Source: Myxococcota bacterium (lineage in GTDB: Bacteria; Myxococcota_A; UBA9160; UBA6930). Taken from it: 64,000 bases of DNA. Both the position numbers and the translations under genes were made by a program. The stretch is from assembly GCA_965223705.1 (NCBI GenBank), contig OZ245015.1:2144001-2208000 (forward strand), given 5' to 3'. Below the pieces are notes generated by a model. It worked only from the letters and a program-made list of their open reading frames with translations, searched no databases and was not told where the DNA came from. Positions 1 through 9,365 of this stretch are shown in pieces. Position 1 is the first letter of the stretch, and the number at the start of each line of letters is the position of its first letter.

Positions 1-1
1 C

Positions 2-355
2 CCGTACGCCGACGTCCAGATCGATTTCGATTTCTTCTTCGCCCGCAAAGTGATGTTCGTGAAGTACGCCTGCGGCTTCGTCGGGATCCCGGGCGGCTTC
101 GGCACGCTCGACGAGATTTTTGAGGCGCTCACGCTGATTCAGACCCGAAAGATCTCGTCGTTCCCCGTGGTGCTCTTCGGTCGGGATTTCTGGAGCGGGC
201 TGGTCACGTGGCTCGAGGACGAGCCGCTGCGCCGACGCATGATCTCTCGGAGCGATCTGGCGCTGTTCACGGTGACCGACGACATGGACGAAGTCGTCGA
301 GGTGATGCGCACGCACTACGAGCGCATGAAGCGGCGCTCCGGAGACACGCCCTAA
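2..355 (+). CDS. LOG family (TIGR00730-type Rossmann-fold) nucleotide monophosphate nucleosidase, 5' truncated by window
   Basis: FFARKVMFVKYA and PGGFGTLDE motifs; frame open to the window start. Confidence 0.9.
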   Translation, partial: PYADVQIDFDFFFARKVMFVKYACGFVGIPGGFGTLDEIFEALTLIQTRKISSFPVVLFGRDFWSGLVTWLEDEPLRRRMISRSDLALFTVTDDMDEVVEVMRTHYERMKRRSGDTP

Positions 356-405
356 GGAGTCTCTCGAATCGGCACCACCACCGGCGACGGCCTCGCGACA
401 CCCAG

Positions 406-1062
406 TTAGCTCGCGGGCCTTTCCTCGGGCCAGTGTTCCCCGACGACTCGGTCGAACTCGGGGGCGAAGGAGAGCAGGCGACTTCGCGCTCCTGTGAGAT
501 CGTCGGCGAGGAGCGGTGTACTGATGCGCATCAAGGCGCCGTCGGCGCGCCCGTGGAGCAAGCGTCCCAGCATGCGGTCGAGGTTTTGATCGAGACCGCT
601 GACGAGGCCGGTCGCCCGGTGGCTCCGATACCAGAAGTGAACCAACCGCCGCTCGCCCTCGCGCGTCACCTGATACTCGTTCACGCGAAGATCGCTGTCG
701 CGGCCGACGCGAAGGACTCGACTCTCCTCGATACCCCAGCCGGCGCCGGTATAGCAGCCGCGCGGCGTGTGCTCGGGCCGACCCCCGCGGTTTGTGCCGT
801 AGTAGCCGACGTAGGACCAAACGAGGTGCCCGGTCGCGTGTCGGAACAGACGTTGGACGTTCGCGTCCGCGTTGAGGACCGCTTCGACGGTGCCCCCGAC
901 GGGAATCGCTTCGCTCTCCCAGCCGGGAAACTCGAGCGGGAGGGCTTCGAGGCGGCTCGCATCGACTTCGAGTGTCGGTTGCACGCCGAGGGACCATGCG
1001 GAGACACCGGCGAGCGCCAGGGCACCCACCAGCGCGAGCGTCTTCAGGGTTTCTCGGTTCAT
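406..1062 (-). CDS. epsI: EpsI family exosortase-associated protein
   Basis: N-terminal TM (MNRETLKTLALVGALAL), LP..FPGW, YVGYY, HTPRGCYTGAGW, VHFWY, DGALMRIS motifs; ATG at 1062. Confidence 0.85.
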   Translation of the reverse strand: MNRETLKTLALVGALALAGVSAWSLGVQPTLEVDASRLEALPLEFPGWESEAIPVGGTVEAVLNADANVQRLFRHATGHLVWSYVGYYGTNRGGRPEHTPRGCYTGAGWGIEESRVLRVGRDSDLRVNEYQVTREGERRLVHFWYRSHRATGLVSGLDQNLDRMLGRLLHGRADGALMRISTPLLADDLTGARSRLLSFAPEFDRVVGEHWPEERPAS

Positions 1063-1066
1063 CGTG

Positions 1067-1927
1067 TCAGGTTCCCCTCGGAGACGTCGGATGGGAACGG
1101 TCCCCGCTTGAGCCGCCTGCGTGTCGGAGCGAGAGGAGCGCTGCCAGGGCGATCGACAACGCCCAGGGCCCGACGAGGAGGGTTCCGCGGGCCGCGTCGG
1201 CGTCGCCTCCCGCGAGCAGCGCGACGGCGATTGCGACCAGCACCGTCTGGATGGGAAGCGCCGCCAGGGCCGCGATCCCGCAGCGCAGGCTCGCGCGCCA
1301 AAGAGCGGTCTTGCGCAGCGCGTCTCCGAGCCAGACGGCCGAGGACAAGCCGACGGCGAGGGAATAGCCCGCATCGAACGGGCTGAGCTCGAGCCGAGCG
1401 CCGTCCGCCAAGAAGAGGGGCCCGCTCGGGGCCTCGCTGGGGAGTCCCAGGGCAGCCCCGAGCCCCGAGCCGGCCGCGGCCTGGATGGACTCGAGGGCCG
1501 GGGTCCCGAGCTCGATGAGGCTGTAGGGAAGGGGGACGCACCAGAACGCGAGGCAGGCGCTCTGGAGACGCGGCCACCCCTGCCAGGCGGCCATCCCGAG
1601 GCACGCCAGGGGGATCGCCGAAGTGGCCAGACCTTCGACGCCCGCGGTCAGGGCCGCCATCTGAATGACCAAAGCGCCGGCGAGGAGCGCGGCACCCAAC
1701 GTGGTGCGTCGCTCCACCCGATCCGATCGCCACGCCGCGATCGCGAGCCAGGCCAGCGAAAGCGCGTAGATGCGCTCAGCACTCGATTCCGCGAGCGAGC
1801 GCCACCAGTGGATGAGGCTCGGCGCGAACGCAAACAGGAGCGCCAACCACAGCAGGGCGTTCCAATGGCCCGGAGCCATACGTCGGGGCGGGTCGGCGGT
1901 GTCGTCGTTCGCTCGCGTCATTCGCAA
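1067..1927 (-). CDS. Exosortase-like multi-TM protein, catalytic Cys/Arg/His apparently absent
   Basis: Multi-TM, FWCVPLP motif, LELSPFDAGYSL where exosortases have V..ACSG..S; directly upstream of epsI. Confidence 0.65.
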   Translation of the reverse strand: MRMTRANDDTADPPRRMAPGHWNALLWLALLFAFAPSLIHWWRSLAESSAERIYALSLAWLAIAAWRSDRVERRTTLGAALLAGALVIQMAALTAGVEGLATSAIPLACLGMAAWQGWPRLQSACLAFWCVPLPYSLIELGTPALESIQAAAGSGLGAALGLPSEAPSGPLFLADGARLELSPFDAGYSLAVGLSSAVWLGDALRKTALWRASLRCGIAALAALPIQTVLVAIAVALLAGGDADAARGTLLVGPWALSIALAALLSLRHAGGSSGDRSHPTSPRGT

Positions 1928-2049
1928 CGTTTGGGTCGGCGCCTCACGCTCATTCCTGGACCGGCCGAAATGAGGCTTCCGACGCCGGTGTCGCGAACCA
2001 GTATCGTAGCGGTGTGGTAAGTCGGGCCGGCCGATCGAATTAATTTCCC

Positions 2050-3189
2050 GTGGGGACTTCGGTGACTCTAGCTCTCGGCATGTTGCTCGTCTGCGCGGCG
2101 TGGGTGGCGTTTGCCTTCGTCGGCTACCCGCTCCTCATGGCGGCGCTGGCGCGCGTGTCTCCGCGATCGTCCGAACGAGCGGTCGCAACGTTCCCCTCGG
2201 TGTCGGTGATCGTCGCAGTTCACAACGGGGGCCGGCATCTGCAGAAGAAGCTCGAGAATTTACTCGAGCAACGCTACCCGGCCGAGCTCGAGATCGTGGT
2301 GACGTCTGACGGCTCCGACGACGACACGGAAGCCATCGCGCGCTCCTACGCCGGACGCGGTGTCGTACTCGTCGCGAACCCGGATCGGAAGGGGAAGGAA
2401 GCGGCCCAGGCCGCTGCGATCGAGGTCGCGCGAGGAGAAATTCTGGTCTTCACGGACGTCACCGCCGCCCTCGCAGAAGACGGGCTCGAAGCCATCACGG
2501 AGCCGTTCGGCGATCCACAAGTGGGTGCCGTGAGTAGCGAGGACCGCGTCGACTCCGCCGAAGGCGAGGGTCTCTACGTACGCTACGAGATGGCCCTGCG
2601 TCGGGCGGAGAGCGCCGCTTCGACGTTGGTGGGATTGTCGGGTTCTTGTTTTGCGGTGCGCGCGAACCTCGCGCGGCCGTGGCCTTCGGATCTGGCCAGT
2701 GATTTTCGCACCGGTCTCGAGGCCGCTCGACGGGGTTACCGCGCGATCTCCGAACCGCGGGCTCGCGCGCATTTCAGCGTCATTCAAGGCGCTGGTGCCG
2801 AATGGACTCGCAAGGTGCGAACCATTCGGCGCGGTATCGCCGTGCTCGCGGCGTATCGCGACCTTCTTCACCCGAAGTTCGGGCGCGTGGCTTTCACGCT
2901 CTGGGGGCACAAGGTCGCGCGCTTTACGGCGCCGTTCGCCATGCTCGGAGCGCTCGCTGCGCACATCACTTGGAGTCTTGGCGTCGGCGGTGTCGCGACG
3001 GCGACCTTGATGGTTCATGCGTCGGCGTACGCCCTGGGCTCGGCCGCGCTCTTCTGGGAACCGGTTGCTCGGATCGGCGTCGCGCGCCTGCTCGGCTTCT
3101 TCCTGCTCGTCAACGCGGCGACCCTCGTCGCCTGGTCGTATCACGCCACGGGTCGGCGAGCGGTCGTCTGGCAACCGACACGTCGCTGA
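2050..3189 (+). CDS. GT2 glycosyltransferase (CESA-like, membrane-anchored)
   Basis: VSVIVAVHN, SDGSDD, VFTD, ASDF, RKVRT motifs; N- and C-terminal TMs. Confidence 0.9.
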   Translation: MGTSVTLALGMLLVCAAWVAFAFVGYPLLMAALARVSPRSSERAVATFPSVSVIVAVHNGGRHLQKKLENLLEQRYPAELEIVVTSDGSDDDTEAIARSYAGRGVVLVANPDRKGKEAAQAAAIEVARGEILVFTDVTAALAEDGLEAITEPFGDPQVGAVSSEDRVDSAEGEGLYVRYEMALRRAESAASTLVGLSGSCFAVRANLARPWPSDLASDFRTGLEAARRGYRAISEPRARAHFSVIQGAGAEWTRKVRTIRRGIAVLAAYRDLLHPKFGRVAFTLWGHKVARFTAPFAMLGALAAHITWSLGVGGVATATLMVHASAYALGSAALFWEPVARIGVARLLGFFLLVNAATLVAWSYHATGRRAVVWQPTRR

Positions 3190-4358
3190 TGGAATGGACA
3201 CGTCTACCGCCGCTCGACGGCTCTTTCCGCGTAGGAGCCTGGCTCGCCGAAATGCGCCGCGGGCGGCGCGAGGAGCGCCTGATCGAGTTCTTGCTGCACG
3301 CGACGGCGGCGAACGTGGTCTCCCTTCACGCTTCGGGTCGGGAAGCGCTCCGAACGATGCTCGCCTTCGTGCCGCGCCGTTCGGGCGCGGAGTCGGAGAT
3401 CCTGCTCCCCGCGTACACCTGCTTCTCGGTGGCGGCGGCGACCGTCGCCGCCGGGTTGCGGGTGCGCCTCGTCGATGTCGATCGCGACGGTCAGATCGCG
3501 CGTCAATCCTTCGCAGAGCAGAGACTCGACAATGTCGTGGGCGTCCTGGTCTCGAACTTGTTCGGTCTCCCAGAACCCATCGCGGATCTGCGGGAAAAAC
3601 TCGAACCCCTCCGCATTCCGGTCATCGACGACGCCGCCCAGAGCTTTGGTGCGAAGGATTCCGAGGGCGCCGTCGGCGCGCGCGGCGACCTCGGCCTGCT
3701 GAGTTTCGCGCGCGGAAAACCCTTGGCGGGACTGGGCGGCGGGGCCGTCGCGTGGAAGACCGTGCCCCCGGTCCGACAGCCCGCGACCGTTCCGGTAGCG
3801 TCGGGCACGTTCGGGGCGCTCTGTCGGGGCATCACCCTCGAAGTAGCGCGCCATCCGGCGGTATTCCGGTGGCTCTCGGAGGTGCCCGCCCTGAAGATCG
3901 GAGAAACACCTTTCGATCCGGGGTTTCGCCGCGGCGGCCTCGACGCCGGTTCACTGTTCGCCGTGGCCGCGAATCTCGGTCGCGTCGCCGAAGCGGCGAG
4001 CGCGCGGAGAGGGAGGGCTCGCGACCTCGGACGCGGGCTGGCATCCGAAACGGCGTTCCGTCCGCTTCTCGATGGGGACGGGAGGAGCGGCGTGTTTCCA
4101 CGCCTAGCGGTCGTGGCGCCGGATGAGGCGAGTCGCGACGGCGCGCTCGCAGGGCTCCGCGCCCTCGGCGCCAGTCGTTTCTATCCGCACAGCTTGGCCC
4201 GCATCCCTGGCTTGCAGCGCTACCTCGTGGGCGAGACCGACACGCCGGGCGCGGACGCGTTGGCGCGCCGTCTCTTCACCCTTCCGACCCACGAGCGGGT
4301 GGGGCCGGCGATCCGTGAGCAGATGATCGCGCGCCTTCGAAAGATTGAGGCCGCCTAG
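3189..4358 (+). CDS. DegT/DnrJ/EryC1/StrS family PLP-dependent sugar aminotransferase
   Basis: SGREAL, PAYTC, DDAAQSFG, SFARGKPL..GGG, TLPTH; ATG overlaps upstream TGA. Confidence 0.85.
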   Translation: MEWTRLPPLDGSFRVGAWLAEMRRGRREERLIEFLLHATAANVVSLHASGREALRTMLAFVPRRSGAESEILLPAYTCFSVAAATVAAGLRVRLVDVDRDGQIARQSFAEQRLDNVVGVLVSNLFGLPEPIADLREKLEPLRIPVIDDAAQSFGAKDSEGAVGARGDLGLLSFARGKPLAGLGGGAVAWKTVPPVRQPATVPVASGTFGALCRGITLEVARHPAVFRWLSEVPALKIGETPFDPGFRRGGLDAGSLFAVAANLGRVAEAASARRGRARDLGRGLASETAFRPLLDGDGRSGVFPRLAVVAPDEASRDGALAGLRALGASRFYPHSLARIPGLQRYLVGETDTPGADALARRLFTLPTHERVGPAIREQMIARLRKIEAA

Positions 4359-5130
4359 GAACGAACCAGGGCCGGCCGTGCAGCCGGCGGATGCGCAAGG
4401 TATCGCGCAGCATCCGTGTCGTATCCCGCACCAGACGGAGCTTCGAGCCCGGTACCTCCGTCCAGGCGATCGGAAGTTCTGTCACCGAGTAGCCGCGACG
4501 CCGCGCGAGAACGAGGAACTCGACGTCGAACGCGTACCCAGACAGCTGGAGCTCCGGGAAGAGCGTCTTCGCGATATCGCGGCGGATGAGTTTGAAGCCG
4601 CACTGCGAGTCGCGTATCCCGGGAAGTAGCCAGCGAGATACCAGCCACGCGTAGATGCGACCCATCAGGGCGCGGGCCGTGCTGCGCGCGACGAGGCCTC
4701 CGCCGGCATAGCGCGAACCGATCACGATGGCTTCGCCGTTGCGCGCGCGCTCGAGAAAAGCGTCGAGCTCTTCGATGGGAGCGGCGGCGTCGGCGTCGTA
4801 CAAGAGGATGAAGCGGCCCGCCGCGTGGGCCACGCCGGTCGCGATGGCAGCGCCTTTTCCCCGGTTCTCGCTGAATCCAACCAGGTGCAGGTCGCGCATC
4901 TCGTGGAGACGCTCGGTTACGCATTCTTGTGTGGCGTCGCGACTGCCGTCGTCCACGACGATGATCTCGCCGCGCAGCCCGCGGTCGGCAAAATGTGCGG
5001 CGAGTCGATCGAGCGTCGGCCCCAGCCGCCGCTCTTCCTGGAATGCCGGGATCACCACACTGACCTCGGGTGTTCTACCCGCCAGCCATTCGGGTGTTCC
5101 GGACGCGCGCTCCCCGGTCCCCCTGCCCAT
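4276..5130 (-). CDS. GT2 dolichyl/polyprenyl-phosphate glycosyltransferase
   Basis: SVVIPAFQE, VDDGSRD, NRGKGAA, DAD, DSQCGFK, FDVE. Confidence 0.9.
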   Translation of the reverse strand: MGRGTGERASGTPEWLAGRTPEVSVVIPAFQEERRLGPTLDRLAAHFADRGLRGEIIVVDDGSRDATQECVTERLHEMRDLHLVGFSENRGKGAAIATGVAHAAGRFILLYDADAAAPIEELDAFLERARNGEAIVIGSRYAGGGLVARSTARALMGRIYAWLVSRWLLPGIRDSQCGFKLIRRDIAKTLFPELQLSGYAFDVEFLVLARRRGYSVTELPIAWTEVPGSKLRLVRDTTRMLRDTLRIRRLHGRPWFVPRRPQSFEGARSSAHGSPAPPARGSEG

Positions 5131-5235
5131 CTGCGAAGAGCATGACGAGCGGTTCGGATCTCGCCAGGCCGCGCTAACTCAGAGGGGTCGAATCGCCGAA
5201 AAGTCGAAAGGCCTGCTTTACTTTTTCGGTGTGAT

Positions 5236-6543
5236 TTGAACACTCCCGCGACGCCTTGGAAGGAGCCCAGAATGCATAGCGCCAGCATGCGGGTGCCGGG
5301 AACGACCGCTTGGACCCAGAGTTCCCCGCACCAAGCACGAGGAGACCGGCTGGCGTTCTCCGCGCTTCTCTTGGTCGTGATCGTCGAGTTCAGTCAGGTG
5401 CAGACCTTGTTCCCGATCCTCGCCGCCATCCGCCCGGCGCTGATCGCGAACATCGTCTTGATCGCGGCAGTCTGGTCCCACTCGACGCGCATGCCGTGGG
5501 GGCACCCGGTCCTGGTGGTGATGGTCGCCATGATCGCTTTCGCCGCCCTGTGGGTTCCCTTCGCGGCGAACAACTTCTGGGCCTACAGAATCTTCGAGTT
5601 TCTGGTGACGGAGCTGTTTTTTTGCCTCGGGGCCCTCGCGACGATTACCACGCGCAAGCGTCTCGCCACGTTCATGTTCGTCTTTCTCGGTTGCTTGGTC
5701 GTTCAAGCGTTGTGGGGTCTCACGCACGGGGGAACGGGGCTCGGCGGCTTCTTTGCGGACGAGAACGATCTCGCGCTCGCGATGTGCGTGGGGATTCCGT
5801 TCGGCGTCTTTTGCATGGCGTCGCTTCGTTCGCCCGTGGCGAAGGTGACGGGGTTGGCGATGGCGGCTCTCTTCACCGCCACGATCGGTGCGTCGCTTTC
5901 CCGGGGCGGCGTGGTCGGCCTCGCCGCGACGGGTTTGTCGATGATCTCCTTCAGCCGCCGACGCGTCGCGATCGCGGTCGGAATCGTCCTGGGAGCGCTG
6001 TTCTTCTGGATGGCTTCGCCGTCGTCGTACCGAGCGGAGATGCGGAGCATGTTCGACGGCAACGAGAGTACGCGCGTCCAACGCCTCGTCATGTGGGAAA
6101 ACGCGTTGCGCATGTTTGTGGCCAATCCAATTTTGGGGGTCGGCCCTGGAAACCTGCCCTGGAACATCGAACGGTACGAAGAAGCGGATCGACAGCAGCG
6201 GTCGCACGCGGGCCGCGCTGTGCACTCGATCTATTTCACCGTCCTACCCGAATGGGGGCTCGTCGGCACCGCGCTTTTCCTGGTGCTCGGTTGGCTCGTC
6301 ATGCGCGAGCTGTTTCGCTTAAAGCGCGCCGGTGGTTCCGAGACCGCGCAGGCGATGGCCCGAGCGACACTCTGCGCAGGCGTCGGTTGGGGGGCCGCGG
6401 GCGCGTTCTTGTCCGTCCTCTACTACCCGTACTTGTTCAAGTTCGTCGCGATGACGATTGCGGCCGGCAACATCGCGTCGCTCGAGGCCGAAGCGCTAGC
6501 GGAAGCCGGGGACGAAGCGGTGGAAGTCGACGCGCGTGGTTGA
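5236..6543 (+). CDS. O-antigen ligase/Wzy polymerase family membrane protein
   Basis: Multi-TM; DENDLA, SLSRGG, R...WENA..MF..NPILGVGPG, HSIYF..LPEWG. Confidence 0.85.
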   Translation: MNTPATPWKEPRMHSASMRVPGTTAWTQSSPHQARGDRLAFSALLLVVIVEFSQVQTLFPILAAIRPALIANIVLIAAVWSHSTRMPWGHPVLVVMVAMIAFAALWVPFAANNFWAYRIFEFLVTELFFCLGALATITTRKRLATFMFVFLGCLVVQALWGLTHGGTGLGGFFADENDLALAMCVGIPFGVFCMASLRSPVAKVTGLAMAALFTATIGASLSRGGVVGLAATGLSMISFSRRRVAIAVGIVLGALFFWMASPSSYRAEMRSMFDGNESTRVQRLVMWENALRMFVANPILGVGPGNLPWNIERYEEADRQQRSHAGRAVHSIYFTVLPEWGLVGTALFLVLGWLVMRELFRLKRAGGSETAQAMARATLCAGVGWGAAGAFLSVLYYPYLFKFVAMTIAAGNIASLEAEALAEAGDEAVEVDARG

Positions 6544-7482
6544 GATCTCTTGATGGAGCGGGATCCGGGGCAGCTCGAAGGGATCGTCGCCCGCGCGCGC
6601 AACGCCGTAGGCCATCGTCAAGCCCGCCCGATAGCCCGCTTCCCGAGCCAACGCGCGAACCTGGGCATCGTGGGCGCCCGATGGATAGGCCAAGGCCTTT
6701 GCCGTGCCGAGTCCTCGCGCTTCGAGCGCTTCGCGCGCACCGACAAGCTCGGCACGCGCTTCGTCGGGCGTGACGGTCGGCAGGATCGCGTGGGACACCG
6801 AGTGCGACTCAAAACTGATACCGCCGCGATGCATCGTTTCCACTTCGGACCAGTCGAGGAGCTCGCGCCGCTGCTCCGGAGTCGCCGTTTCTTTTCGCAA
6901 CTCCCCGAGCATCCGATCGCGATCGTCCGGTCGCATCCCTTTCAAGGCGTCCAGGAAGACGTCGACCGGAGGGCCTGCGCTCGCCGCGGGCACCAAGCGG
7001 CGAACCAGCGTCGCGGCTTCGCCGTTCGAGAGAGCCCCGAGACGCGCGCACACTTCGTCGGGCCAGAATGCGCCGTCGGTACCGACCCGGTCCGCGACGA
7101 GGAAGACGGTCGCGGGAAGGTCGCGTTCGCGCAGCAGCGGGTAGGCCCACTGGTAATTGTCGAGCCAACCGTCGTCGAAGGTAATGGTGCACGCGCGTTT
7201 CGGGAGCGGCCCTTCGCCACGGAGTCCGGCCACGGCATCGTCGATCGAAACGACGGCGAACGACGCGACGAGCCAGTCGAGGTGCGCCTCAAAAACATCG
7301 GGCGTCACAAACATCGCCGGTTCGACGAATCCGCGCATGGCTTCCGCCTCAGGCAGCACGCGGTGATAGTTCAGGACAGCGACGGCCGTTCCGTCGAGGC
7401 GTTCTCGCTCGCGACGGTGCCGACCCGACCACTCGCCCCACTGCGCGAGAACGTGACGGGCTCGAGAGCGCCAGGAACTCAT
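6496..7482 (-). CDS. Polysaccharide deacetylase (CE4/NodB)
   Basis: LNYHRV, ITFDDGW, FESHSVSH, LAYPSG, LPRI. Confidence 0.9.
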   Translation of the reverse strand: MSSWRSRARHVLAQWGEWSGRHRRERERLDGTAVAVLNYHRVLPEAEAMRGFVEPAMFVTPDVFEAHLDWLVASFAVVSIDDAVAGLRGEGPLPKRACTITFDDGWLDNYQWAYPLLRERDLPATVFLVADRVGTDGAFWPDEVCARLGALSNGEAATLVRRLVPAASAGPPVDVFLDALKGMRPDDRDRMLGELRKETATPEQRRELLDWSEVETMHRGGISFESHSVSHAILPTVTPDEARAELVGAREALEARGLGTAKALAYPSGAHDAQVRALAREAGYRAGLTMAYGVARAGDDPFELPRIPLHQEISTTRVDFHRFVPGFR

Positions 7483-7522
7483 GGACGGTGACCGTAACGA
7501 GACGGCGAGGGGTGGGCCACTG

Positions 7523-8596
7523 ATGTCTCCTTCGGTGCTCCACGTCATTTCCGGAGATCTTTGGGCCGGTGCCGAGGTCGCGACGTTTCACTTGCTTCAA
7601 GCCCTAGAAAAGCGTGACGACGTGGAGGTGGCGGCGGTGGTGCTGAACGAAGGCGAACTCGCCGAGCGCCTGCGTTGCGCCCGCGTCCCCTGTGAAGTGA
7701 TTGCGGAAGAGGCTTGCGGCTTCCTGGCGTTGGCACGGGAGATTCGTCAGCGGGCCTCCGGGTTCGATTTAGTCCACGCCCACCGTTACAAAGAGAACCT
7801 GTTGGCGGCCGGCAGTGGGAAGCCGTGGCTCGCGACCCAACACGGCATGCACGACGGAGGGCATTGGAGCGTGCGGTTGCGCACGGCGCTCGGGGAAACG
7901 CTCGACCTCGGCGCGAAATGGGGGCTCGCCGAGCGCGTCGTCGCGGTGTCCCACGCGATGCGCGATCGGCTGAGCAGGCGCTTTGGAGACCGGGTGGTGT
8001 GCATCTGGAACGGGATCGGCGACCCCTGGGATGGCGTTGCGCCGCAACCCTGGGAAACCCGCGCCGCAGTGTGCGGCGTTCTGGCGCGCCTTGTGCCGGT
8101 CAAAGGCATCGAGCTCGCGATCGAAGCCGTTGCGAGAACGCCGGGCGTCGAGCTCGAAATCATCGGTGATGGTCCGCTGCGTGCAGAGCTCGAGGCGCGC
8201 GCGGCGGCCGTCGGCGGTGCGGATCGTATACGCTTCCTCGGTTTCAAGCCGAATCCCCTGAGAGATCTCGCGCGTTGGCGGTGTCTCCTGGTCACGAGTC
8301 ACCACGAAGGGCATCCCATCGGCGTCCTCGAGAGTATCGGCGTCGGCACCCCGGTCCTCGCTGCCGAACTGCCCGGCGTCGAGGAGATTCTTGCCGGACG
8401 CGCGGGCTGGTCCGTCCCCAACCGGGATCCCGCCGCCTGGTCGGCGGCGATCGAGGCCGCCGTCCACCGCGTTCCAGAGGGAACCGCGGTGTCCCGCGCC
8501 GCGCGGGAGCGCTTTCTCGAAGCCTTTTCCGCCGAGCGCGCTGCGCGGGAAATGGCTGCGCTCTATCGCGACATCGCCACGGCTCGCGATGGATAG
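7523..8596 (+). CDS. GT4 glycosyltransferase
   Basis: LHVISGDLWAGAE, RLVPVKG, SHHEGHPIGVLES (EX7E). Confidence 0.9.
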   Translation: MSPSVLHVISGDLWAGAEVATFHLLQALEKRDDVEVAAVVLNEGELAERLRCARVPCEVIAEEACGFLALAREIRQRASGFDLVHAHRYKENLLAAGSGKPWLATQHGMHDGGHWSVRLRTALGETLDLGAKWGLAERVVAVSHAMRDRLSRRFGDRVVCIWNGIGDPWDGVAPQPWETRAAVCGVLARLVPVKGIELAIEAVARTPGVELEIIGDGPLRAELEARAAAVGGADRIRFLGFKPNPLRDLARWRCLLVTSHHEGHPIGVLESIGVGTPVLAAELPGVEEILAGRAGWSVPNRDPAAWSAAIEAAVHRVPEGTAVSRAARERFLEAFSAERAAREMAALYRDIATARDG

Positions 8597-9365
8597 CGTC
8601 CGGGTCGACGCCCACGTTCACTTTCACGAAACCGACCCTGTCGCGGATTGGATGGAGCACGCCTTCGCGCAGGCCGACCAATGCGGCCTTCCTCTGTTTC
8701 TTCTGTGCGCAGATCCGGCGGGCGAAGAGGGATACGCGCGGCTTCGCGACGCTGCGGCTTCACAGCGGGAGCTTTCGTTCCGGGAGGCCGGTGAGCCCGA
8801 GAGCTTCGTTATCGAACGAGTGGGACGCGAGCTGGTGGTGTGCCGCGGCAGACAATGGGTGTCGAAGGAAGGCATCGAAGTGCTGCACCTCCTCTCGGCG
8901 GGAGAGTCCGACGAAGCGCGTTGGGCCTCGGGTGAAGAGCCCCTCTCCGCGCTGTTGTCCGAGCTCAGTGCTCGTCCAGGCGTGGTCGTCCTTCCATGGG
9001 GTTTCGGTAAGTGGCTAGGCGCTCGTGGGCGTGTGGTGACGGCCGAGATTCGCCGTTCGGTGGAGGCGGGGCATCCGATTTTCCTCGGGGATATCCGCGC
9101 GCGATGTTGGCCCTGGCGGTCGCCGACGACCCGCGCACCCGGCGTTCCCGTGCTACCGGGCAGCGACCCCCTTCCGATCGACGGAGGGTTTCGAGAGATC
9201 GGTCGCTACGGCTTTCGGGTACAGCTCGGCGAATGGCGTGCGCGGCCCGCCGCGCGTCTGCGCGAGGTGCTCCGAGGCGGCGCCGCGGTCGAAATCGTGG
9301 GACGACCGCAATCCGCGGTCGTCGCGGTGACCGACCAACTTCGGTACCGGCGGCGACCCCGTTGA
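8589..9365 (+). CDS. PHP/amidohydrolase-like metal-binding protein
   Basis: N-terminal DAHVHFH and C-terminal PGSDP motifs; overlaps upstream GT4 stop. Confidence 0.55.
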   Translation: MDSVRVDAHVHFHETDPVADWMEHAFAQADQCGLPLFLLCADPAGEEGYARLRDAAASQRELSFREAGEPESFVIERVGRELVVCRGRQWVSKEGIEVLHLLSAGESDEARWASGEEPLSALLSELSARPGVVVLPWGFGKWLGARGRVVTAEIRRSVEAGHPIFLGDIRARCWPWRSPTTRAPGVPVLPGSDPLPIDGGFREIGRYGFRVQLGEWRARPAARLREVLRGGAAVEIVGRPQSAVVAVTDQLRYRRRPR

